A stretch of DNA of 60,226 bases, counting the filler, from Catajapyx aquilonaris (Eukaryota), in assembly GCA_000934665.2 (NCBI GenBank). It is 2 parts of 2 records of this genome, joined end to end, with 100 filler letters (N's around TTAATTAATTAA, not from the genome) between each part and the next. Parts side by side here need not be neighbours in the genome. Positions count along the whole stretch, not along the records: positions 1 to 30,038 come from JYFJ02004704.1; 1 more part is not named here. The stretch is one strand, 5' to 3'. Below, piece by piece: positions 12,501 to 23,100 of this stretch (its first letter is position 1; each line of letters starts with the position of its first letter). The notes beneath the pieces are model-generated. The model did not search any database. It was not told the origin of the DNA and saw nothing but the letters and a program-made list of their open reading frames with translations. Made by a program: the position numbers and the translations under genes.

Positions 12501-14662
12501 AGGAGCCATCTTTGGAATCTCTCGACTGTCAAAACGGGTCGCACCCTCCACACTTTTTTCCCTCCGCATCACACAAACAAAGTGACCTCACATCCGGCGA
12601 GTTATGCCCAATTGCCCGGTAAGTACGGGAGGGGGAGAGAGAGTCCTAGGAGGACGCCATTTTTTTGCAGGGTCAGGAAGAGACCTTGTAGAAAACTGGT
12701 TTCCGGTGAGAGAACCCTGTGTGTGTATATGTTGTGAGAATGTGCGGGAGGGAGGGGGTGGAAAAGGAGGGGGTGGCTGAGGGGGGGCAAAGGTTGAGAC
12801 GTCGCATTCCTTCCCTTTCTGGCGCGATGCCACATCTCATGTCTAACTCCCCCTCAACATACTATTTTTCCTAAAAGATGCCCACACCTCCATTTATAGC
12901 ATCACTCATTTTATTTCCAACCCTGGACGTACACTTGTTCAAAACCCTAAGTAGGCCGTTTGTATAGTACACCATCTTTTAGCACCTGTTTCAAAAAATA
13001 TATAACGGCCATGTGCAAATGAACAGACCGGTTTGTCCGTTTTCTTTCTCGGACGTCTGCCTGTTGCAAGACGGGCGGTATTGTTGCACCCGGACCATGT
13101 GCGCCATAATTTGTGGTAGGTCGTGAATACAAGGTGCGTCAGCCCGCAGTGTAACTGGAACGGTTCATTCCACCGGGGGATACAAAAGGGAGAGGAGGGG
13201 GGGGGNCAATGGCCAGGCACCTGCACCCGGCCGCAGAAATGAGCCCAATCGGTCGTGACCATGATCCTGAACCACCCTGTGAGCCCGTACCTCCGGCAAC
13301 ACCGCCCTTCCTTCCCCAATACGGCATGTACTGGTTGGGGAGGTCACGAGGTCATACTCCGCACGTTTATTTCCAGCCCTGCTTTTCCAAGCTTCACCAT
13401 CCATGGACGACGGACGGGATTCCCCCCTCCCCCCTCCCTCCCTTCCCCTCCCCAATTCCGCGGGCTATTCACCCCACTTGAATCGAAATCCCGGGGCCGC
13501 GTCCGAATGCAACGTGGCAACCTCGCCTCTCAAGACTTCTTTTTTTTTTTTACATATACGTACTCTCCCGCCAATACGTGCGCTTCGAAAGTGAACGTGC
13601 TTTCCCCAGTTCTCATCCTCGACCCTTCCTGCACCCGCCAGCAGCAACAATAGGAGTGACGTCACCAGTCCCTCAATTATTAACGATAATGTGTGGCCAA
13701 CTAGGGAAGGACACAGCTGACCTGTCATACCGCCATGGAAAGTACCGATCAAAATTCCCTCGCAACCGAACCAATTTCCACGGATATCATCGAGAAATCC
13801 CCTATTAGTTTCTCCACTCCTCTGGACAACCCTGAAAACTCGAGTGCTTTTAGAGTTGTTGATGCTTGCAAGTGACTGACTAAACTACTGAAGTATAGTT
13901 TCCTGAAAAACTTGTCAAGGCAATCGATTTCTAGGACAAGTTGCAACAGAGGAAAAATATATGATGCTTCCTGAGGCATTGGCTGCAACACAGCTTGTGG
14001 GAAAGCTGATTACAATAATTCCAAAAAGAATCGGGCATAAAAATAGGTATCAAAACTCCAGTTATTTAATGAATCAACGGGCGCCTCGTGAAAACGCGGT
14101 CCATAAAAATGGGCATAAAGTAGACCAATAGCTGATGACAGTCCAGTGATCACGACCAAAAAAATGCGGTCTCCATTGAAATCAGTAAATTTTCAATGCA
14201 GGCTACCTTATAAAGCCTTGCTCCCACGCAAAAACCTCGTAAGTGAATCCAACATGGCGCAGGGATTCACCACGGCTCAGCGTGACCAGGTTCAAAAGTG
14301 CACAAAATTAGGCAGAACGCCACGTGACACCAGACACCCAAACCACCGTAGAAAAACCTTCAGGAATCACCAGACACGCGTGTCCCTTTCTTGCTCGCCT
14401 TGTCCCTCGCTCCTTGTTTATCACCTGTCACGTGTGACATCTGGACCCAACATGGATGCCAACATGCCCGCCGAATCACCTGTCACGCGTTTCGAATTTC
14501 TTTTATCTTTCCCCAGTTTCCCTCCCTCAGCCGTTCCCGTTGTTTGGTAGTAATATTTACCTGCTGCCAGTGGTCCTCGAGCGAGGCCTGCGCCGATAGG
14601 AATCCGGTGTCGTGCACCACTTGAAGCTCCCGGAAAATCCCTCCGCTGGGCAGCACGTCCAT
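512..14662 (-). CDS. luna: Kruppel-like factor, KLF6/KLF7 (luna) ortholog; 3'-partial
   Basis: Exon 14561-14662 encodes [34 protein letters not shown] (KLF6/7 N-terminus) then CAG|GTAAAT. Exon 1271-1509 starts [10 protein letters not shown] after ttgcag. A 61-nt GT-AG intron (1210-1270) restores the frame into exon 512-1209, which probably contains a further 66-nt intron (870-935). It ends with the first C2H2 finger [25 protein letters not shown]|gt. Fingers 2-3 were not found in the window. Confidence 0.93.
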
Positions 14663-14959
14663 CTTCCCTCCAACCAAACAACCAACCACCACCTCGCGGC
14701 ACTCCCCCCTCCCCGCCACAACCGGCCAGCCAGCCAACCTTCCTCCTCCTCTTCCGAAGACCGCCGCAACAATGTTCCCGTGGCTATCCCGGTCGCTATC
14801 AGCAACCCATGGCCTTCTTCACCACCGCCGGCGCCTGAGTGCGACGGTGCCCCTCCATTGTCTCGCCTGCCTGCCAGCCACCGACCCTACCCGAGAGACC
14901 AACCAGTTCAGACTGACCCTCCCTCTCTTCCCGCGTCTTCTCAACCGACTAAACTTCGT

Positions 14960-15040
14960 GCGGGACCGATCGGCCAATTGGAAGGCCAGGATGGAGGGGC
15001 ACGTGACCTGCCCGGAGACGGATCCCATTGGCTGCCGGTG
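14960..15040 (-). promoter_or_regulatory. Putative proximal promoter of the KLF gene (CCAAT boxes, E-box)
   Basis: GGCCAATTGG near 14973, GCACGTGAC at 14999-15007 and CATTGGCT (CCAAT on minus) near 15025, in a GC-rich island about 300-370 bp upstream of the ATG. Confidence 0.45.
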
Positions 15041-15540
15041 GGGGGCTGACAGCGACGGTGCTCCCATCTGGCGGAAGGAAGGGACACTCGTTGCACGGAT
15101 CGCTACCGTCTACCTTGTGATATACGGTACCGTAAATTGGCGGAAAATTAATGCGCATTAAATTAAGGCTGAAACCGATAGTGTGTAAACTATTAGGGTA
15201 TTAACCTTGAGAAATTTGGCTTCATGATCAACCAACACAAATGTAAAATCCAGCATAAGTTTTGAGTCACTAAATCGTCACTTTTACCATTTACACCGAT
15301 TTTACACTAATGCCGCGATAAGCCAGCATTCAATTGTGGAATATTCCGCATTATGCAAAGTCGAGTGTTTTTTAATTGACCTCAAGAATTTTGCAGACAT
15401 TCATTTCCACTTGCTCCTGTTGAATCACCTTCCAATGTGGCAACAACTTTCCGATTGCATATATGATTCAGCACTAAGCTTGAAGGTGAGTTAACAGGTA
15501 TGAGTGTACAGTATATGACCAATATGCAGATTTGTAGTCA

Positions 15541-15803
15541 TTTTTTTTTTAAATAATGGATACCCTGTGATAGGCCTCCTTGGGGTCTTAGGGGATCATC
15601 TTTTAAATACTTGACTTTAATCATTGCCTTTGCTGTAATGGATTTTGATAGTGGGAGGAAACAGGAGAACCCCTAGAAAACGCACAGGGAGAGAACCCAT
15701 GGACACTATCCACGTAAGTATCTTCCGTCCGACCCAGGGATCGAACTCAGGACCTTCGAGGTGGAAGGTTGCGGCGCTAACCATGCAGCCACCATGTCAC
15801 CCT
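15541..15803 (-). mobile_element. tRNA-derived SINE family A (V-domain-like core), copy 1
   Basis: Minus-strand A box TGGCTGCATGGT, B box GAGTTCGATCC, core ...TTCTCCTGTTTCCTCCCAC and poly-A tail. 12-bp TSD GATTTGTAGTCA at 15529-15540 and 15804-15815. Homologous to 36239-36497. Confidence 0.88.
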
Positions 15804-17128
15804 GATTTGTAGTCAATTGTGGTATGACTGTGCTGTGGAGTTATGGATATTGACAGTTTATTACTCACTCCATTTGATGCACACAGCACATGAAAAGATG
15901 CATTTAACATCCATTTTGCATTTACTTCTCCAAACAAGTTTTGTAGCTCATCTTATCAGTTGCATCTTAACATATTATCATCAGTAGACCTGCACATCCA
16001 ATTCCCAGTACATTTTCATGCAATCCAGTGTCTTCAGTAATACAGGCACCTCTTGGATCCAGTTTGTTCAGTTCAGCCTAGGTCAATGGCATCCTTGGGC
16101 AAAATTTTCAACATGCACTGTTGTGTGGTGGTAAGCACAGTAATGTTTCCTAAGGAATGAGCTGAACTGCACACAAACATACTAGCATTTGAATCAGTAT
16201 CAGAGTTCATTATCCCTGCACAATACTGCATACCAACAATAAAATCTAGAACCTTCATACCTATACAGTACCATATATGGGCATATGTGCTCCAGGCAAG
16301 TCAAAATATGCCTTGGGTATTGCATTGTCTTTTCATACTGCTTATTTGAATGCCATTTCATAGCTCACCAGTACTATGCACAAACGCTATAAAAATTAAT
16401 TGTGCCCTACTTTTACTCCAGATTACCTGAAACAAAGGACATGCTATTTATAACTTCTCAAGAGGAATGCCTGCAATGGCCTTACGCAAAAGGGGTCAAA
16501 GATCTGCAATTCTTTTTCCGACAAGCATATACACAAAATAAAGAAATCTTTCTCCCTTGTAGGTATCCAGTACACCCTTCGTCACAAATACCTCTCAGGC
16601 ATTTTGGGAATCTCAAGTCATTGAACTCCTGCCCAAGAATAACAGAGGCAGATGGTAAGCTTCTACCTCGATGTTCTTGGAATAATGGCATTCAGGCCCC
16701 TCCACCTCCCTTCCATAATTCCATCCCTCTCCCCCACATGCATTTGCATGTGCAGCATAATGCAAAGTAACCAGGCACAAGGAATTGAACATTACTTCCC
16801 ACAATTACAGATGCACATGTCATATAATCGAGGTAGCAGCGGCTTACCATCTGCCTCTATCATCATGCTAATGCAAAACTTCCTGCTCAATGACACTCCT
16901 TTTTCTGCATGTGTTATTTAATAACCATGGCTGTTTTACACTGGCAAAAATTATTGGAGAAGAAAAAAATACCCCAAAAAGTATACAAGTGGGTAACAAA
17001 TAATGGGCAAATAAACTGGGTGTAAACTTCCACTCCTGGCCACATTTGGCTATGGAATGTAAGGATGTAATTAAAGTAGATAGGTTGATTGGGGAAGAGA
17101 GAGCCAGTTAATCATCCAACTGCTCAGT

Positions 17129-20100
17129 TTAAGTCATGGTCCCAAAGACTGGGTTGTGGCGGCAGATGCTTGGTCCATACTCCTCATACGCCTCCTTTGT
17201 GTGGCACACTTCGTAGAACTCAGGCTGAAAGAACAGTGAATGTAGGTAATTTGTCATATTTGGCAGCATACTGAGTTCACCAGCACCTTGACTACACCTC
17301 TTTGGCATCATACATTTTAAAAGTTTAAAATCCTCATGCTGTACTTTCAAATTGCATTGGTCATATAACTTCCATAAGTCGAACTTCCCTAAGTCGAAGT
17401 TCTCTATAAAAAAGAAAATGATGAGCTTGGTTGGTCACAATGTAAAAAGAAATAAACTTAACTTGAATTTTTATAACTTGAAGTTCTCCAAAACTCCATG
17501 GGATATAATGGGATACATATTAAATGGGATACATTTTCAGTCTCCCTAAGTCGAAGTTCATGCTGGCGAGTACGGAAAATTTTCTCATTTCCCAGCCAAA
17601 GGTCGAGAGTATAGGCCACAGGTACAGAAAGGCTCAATTTCCTGATTTCCATCTACCAGACATACCGAAAGAAGGTTTTGACTCGATTGTGACAATTGAA
17701 TACTTGAATCTAAGAGTACGCAAATGTTCATAAAGGAGATTTTTTTTACAACAAAACAACGAGGAACAATGTAAGTGTGATAGTGACAGTTATTTTTAAG
17801 TTTTGAACACCTTTCGTCGCTGGATATAAAGGTAGGCTTCCTTATAGAGTTCTGTGTTTTAAAAAAACCAAACTTCTTTAACTCGAATCCTATATACAGG
17901 GTGTTTATTGTAACTCTGCAAAGACTTTCAGGGGTAATTGAGGGGACCAAGACAAGTATTTTTGACATAGGAACCTGTGTCCTGAAACGCCATCTAGAGG
18001 AATGGGTGCGCTCAGACGCGTCAGGCGGGAGGTGCTAAGCGAGCGGACTGTTTTGTTGATAGATGGCACTCGGATAGTAAACACCGATGCGATGTGCCAT
18101 AACCTGGCAACAGCAGAGCCATCTAGCAACTAAGGTACGCCCAAAGAGTTCTGCTATATAATATAATACCTAGAGGAGGTACTCCCTATCCTTTTCCATT
18201 GGACAGGCTGAGGCAGCCGCCATCTTGTTGGAGGTCATATTGTTGTTCTAACAGTTGTCTAGCAACTGGGACAACAACCAATAATGACAACTGGGCGACA
18301 ATTAGTTCAAATAATGTCAGGCGTCCGCCATCTTGTTGGAGGTCATATTGTTGCCTGCATTGTTGCCTGCCTCACATTTCAGGCCGAGTACCTCCTCTAG
18401 GTGTATATATATAATATAGCAGAACTCTTTGGGTACGCCTGCTAGGAGATGCGCAGATAATCAACAGCAGATCTGTTGTTGCCAGGTTATGGCGTATCGC
18501 GTTGTTGTTCACTTACAACGACGCAATATGCCATAACCTGGCAACAACTGCGTGCCATCTATCAACAAAACCTGCCGTTTGCCTAGCGCCTCCCACGTGA
18601 AGCGTCTGAGCCCACCCGTTCCTTGTCTATGAACCCCCTCTAGATGGCGTTTCCGAACACGAGTTCCTATGTCAAAAATACTTGTCTCATGTTCTAAAAT
18701 AAGCAACATTGCATAGTCAACAATGAAAACAATAGAACAACGGGCAGGTTGGCAAGAATAATCGCAGTACTCTACACATAGGGTATTGTAACAACGGTTG
18801 GAGTACTTCGGGGAGTGCCGAGATCAACAATAGCGAACAATACAGTTGTACTGTACAGTACATATCGATATAACCTGCCACAAGGCACCAGGAAAAACTA
18901 AAGAAGAGCAGGTATGCGTTCGTGTGTTTGGTCTCAGAAGTGTTGAAGTGATGCGTTCATGTTCAGATTGTGTTATCATCAAATATTTCAAAAAATTCCA
19001 ATAGGCCTACAAAATTTTCAAATGTAATGGGGGAGGCGTGGTGGCCGAGATGGTAACATCTCGGCTTGCTGTGCGGAAGGTCCCGGGTTCGATCCCCGCC
19101 CGGGAGTTCCTTCCGCCTGCGTCAGTGGGTCTCTGACCCGCGCCTAAGAAGGAGTCTTAGCGACCTAGCCTCCTGGGGGACTGCACATGACCCTTTTCAG
19201 ACATTGCACTTGCACCTGTGTCTCCTCCCCAAAAATCCCCATTCCCCTCCCCATTTCCCTTTCTTCACTGCACGGTGTTAGAAAAAAAAATTCCGAAAAA
19301 TTGAGATGAAAAAATGGTGGTATTCCACCCCCCTAAAGGAGCGCTGATATTCTCCCAATGGGGTAAGTAAAATAAAAATAAATATTTTTTTTTTTTTCGA
19401 ATGTAATTTTAAAACCGGGGATAATGTGAAATGGCGTAAAATGGAGCGGCGTAAAACGGGTACTTCCCGTCTGGGAAATCTTTCTTGGCTGTTTCACTAC
19501 CAGCAGGCTATCATAATTTTCAATTGATCATTGTGATTTTGTTTATGTATCATGATTTCCGTGCTCTGGATATGTGATACGAGACATGGCAAAGCATACA
19601 ATGAACATGGTAATAATTTTTCCCTGGGTCGTAAATAAAAAGCGCAAAATCAGACGTTCGCGTTTCCTGGTGTTCTGAAATAGGTCGCCTGGTATTGATA
19701 ATGGCCTACTGACTTATTGCAGTATGATTTACTGTGATCTGTACTTACTAACGGGCTCCCAAGGCTCCCCATAAGAATGCAGGTAGTACCTGTTTTACAC
19801 CGGTAATTGGTTCCTGCAAAACGCGGCGTAAAATGAAAAGGCATAAAACGAGAAAATTATAATGGAAGTAAATGGTTCCAAGATTTCCAAAAATTTAATG
19901 CACTGCTTAAATTGCAGTTTTTAATGCCAAGTATTTCAAACATTTATAATGCACATAGTAAAACTTCTATAAGTCGGATCTCCATGGGACCGGAAAAAAA
20001 ACTTGGGGAATTATAGATGATTCGTGTTAGAGAAGTTTGGTTTTTTTGAAGCACCTAACCCTGTAAAGAAGCCTACCTTTATATCCAGCGACGAAAGGTG

Positions 20101-23100
20101 TTCATAAATTAAAAATAACTGTCACTATCACACTTACAATGTTCCTCATTGTTTTGGTGTAAAAAACTCTGTTATGGACATTAGCGATTAGCCTACTCTT
20201 AGATTCAAGGATTCAGTTGTCACAATTGAGTCAAACACTTCTTTAGGTACGTCTGGTAGACGGAGATCAGAAAATTGAGCCTTTTTGTGCATGTGGCCTA
20301 CTCTCGACCCTTCGGCTGGGAAATGAGAAAATTTTCCGTACTTGCCAACATGAACATCGACTTAGGGAGACTGAAAATGGATTGACATCCCATTGTAAGG
20401 CCCTGCCATCACTTCGAGTTATGGAGAACTTCGAGTTATAGAAATTCGAGTTAGGGAAGTTTATTTCCTATTATTTTACATGGTGACCAACCAAGCTCAT
20501 AATTTTCTTCGACATAGCGAACGTCGACTTAGGGAAATTCAACTTGTATAAGTTTTACTGTATTTATTATATTTTTATTATTTTCATTATTTTTATTATT
20601 AGGGAGGGGGGGACCTTCATTGGCCTCAGAAACAGACCTTGTAATATGCTAGCTGAATAGCCCTGAGTTAGATATTTTGGTTCTGGTGACCTCCCTACAG
20701 AATAAACAAGCTTGGCAAATCACGTGAGCGATTAGAGTAGACTTTTTCATGTTTACTGCTATTGTCCCCGACGTCCATCATGGTACTGGGACTGAAGGTG
20801 AAACCACCCATAACTCATTTTTGGCTAAAAAGTGGACTTATCCTTTTCTCCCTCCCTCCTCCTACCCCCAGACCGGCCCTTTCCCCATTAAAAAATCTAT
20901 CCTAGCACACGCATCTTTTAGACATTTTTTCATCCATCGAGAAAAGTCTTATAGCACAGCTCTGTCTGTCCGTCTGTCTGTGGACAGGTATCAGGTATCA
21001 TGGGGTAGGAGGAGGGAGGGGTGAAAGGGTGATATGGGGGAGGGGGCGGTAGGGGGGGGGGGGNNNNNGGCTGGGAGGTCAGGGGGAAAGGGAAGGTCTG
21101 GGGAAAATGGGAGGTCAGGGATAGGGATGGTGGGGAAAAGGGGCGATGGGAAGAGGGGGCAACCAGGGGGAAGCTGGGTGGATAGAGCGAACCTGGAACC
21201 CGAAAATCGAAAAGAAAGTCTTATAGCACCAGACTACACACCAGACAGACAGACAGACAGAGCCGTTCTATAAGACTTTTTTTCTCGAAAAAGTCTAAAA
21301 GTAGGTAAAAAACTAGAAATCCGTTCTCTATTCCTAACATATTAACATAATTATACCAATTTCATCTGTACCAAGGACAGTATATTAAATGTCACACATG
21401 AACTGACAGTGCATATTCATAACCTGTTACATTAAATGCATTTCAAAAACACTTACGGTGGATCCAAGCATGCTTCCTCCAAACCAGACTGCATATCTCT
21501 GCATGTGATGGGACACTACTTCTACATCAATGGCCTTTGGCTGCCACCACATTCATTCATGAAATAAAAAGATACATCAGCAAGTAGATTTTTAAAATAA
21601 AACACCCTTCAAATCAAAAATCCCTCATTTCTATTTCTAACGAGCAATCCTGCATTAATACTGCTACAAAAATTTCATATCTGTTTAGACGGTATACATT
21701 ACTGCTATGTCAATGATTTTAAGCGAATGTCATACTGCAACATCCTGTCTCTAATGCTAATTGGAACTTAGGAGTAGGCCTGTATGATTCAGATTTCTGT
21801 CAGCAACATTGCACCATTCTGCATGCATGGGTACAAAACATTTCTTGTATGAATGTACAATATAATTTGATGCTCAATCTTGAGGAAAACACACTACTGA
21901 TATGATGGAGCTAATGCTTCATACCTGTATGTTGTTAACAAAGAGTTTTCCCCCACCATTTAGGCAAGGTTGTGACACGTCATGCTAGAGGGATATTCTT
22001 CAAGGCTCTAATATGATGTCTAGGAAATTGAGTTATGCCTTTCTGTGCAGAGAAAATACTGGAAACATGGCTTAATTACAGTTAATTACTCGAGTGCAAA
22101 TGACAAATGTAGCACTACTGGCATTCCCAGATTTTATGATAATTATGCCACATTGGTTTATGGTGGGGAAGAAGAAAGGGGATAGATCAAGTGCTGGGGT
22201 AGGAAAAGCCTCCCTCAGCCTATACAGGTTGACTCCCTAGCTGGGGAAGACTGTCAGTAGCATGTTAAAAACTGGTTTCACCAGGGTGGGATTCAGTAAG
22301 AATCTAACATGCCTATCCAGTGTCTATGTGACAAATATAAGTATTTTGCTAGAATGTCAAATGGGGATCACACACATTACAAATGCTGGTGCAACTGGTT
22401 ATAACGTCGCTGTTCTGACTAAACCTCGTAAGCGCCACCAGGCGCCGATTACAAAAATAACTAATAACACACAGTGGGTATATCACGTTCATGCTAGAGA
22501 TTTGTGGCATGTGTGGCATGAATCACATATGTATACGGAGGTCTTCAACATTTTGGAATTTAGCATTGCTGGTGAAAATGCAGCGAGGGACACCCTTTTA
22601 AAAAATTGCTGACAATTTCATAAGGTTCACTTGGCTTCCTACTGCAAGGCAAGGCAGAAAGCTAATGAGAATCAAACTTATTGGCTTGCATTCTGTCAGG
22701 TCCAGAACCATGCACTGTTGGCATTTAGAGTTCTGCTATTTTGCACAGGTTCATTATGGTGTGTCCTGCACTAAAGTCAGATGTTGCTTTTTCTTTGTGA
22801 TATGGCTACTAAGGTAACATGGACAGAATGGCTACAGACTGGTTTTGAATCTTCGTTGTGTCATGAGAGTAGCCCTGTTACAAAAGTCTCAATTACAATG
22901 CAACATTTCCTCTACATCAGTGGTTCCCAACCGGGGGCGCGCGAGAGGATTTCAGGCGGGGGGCGTGAGGCCATAAGAAATAAATAAAATAATGTAACAT
23001 GTTTCCTCTTGGCGCTGCTGCAAATATGAAGGGACTGACTTGTCTCCATGCTTGTATCAGATGTGCTTACAGTAGAGGAAGATTACACTGTACTTTGTCA

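Noticed and set aside
14799..14810. Tiny uORF (MGC*) upstream of the KLF ATG
   Set aside because: The TSS is unknown and such a short ORF is expected by chance.
19029..19105. tRNA-like sequences here and at 29648, 47481, 15720-15803 and 36420-36497
   Set aside because: They lack a complete cloverleaf and continue into repeated bodies with TSDs, so they are SINE heads rather than tRNA genes.
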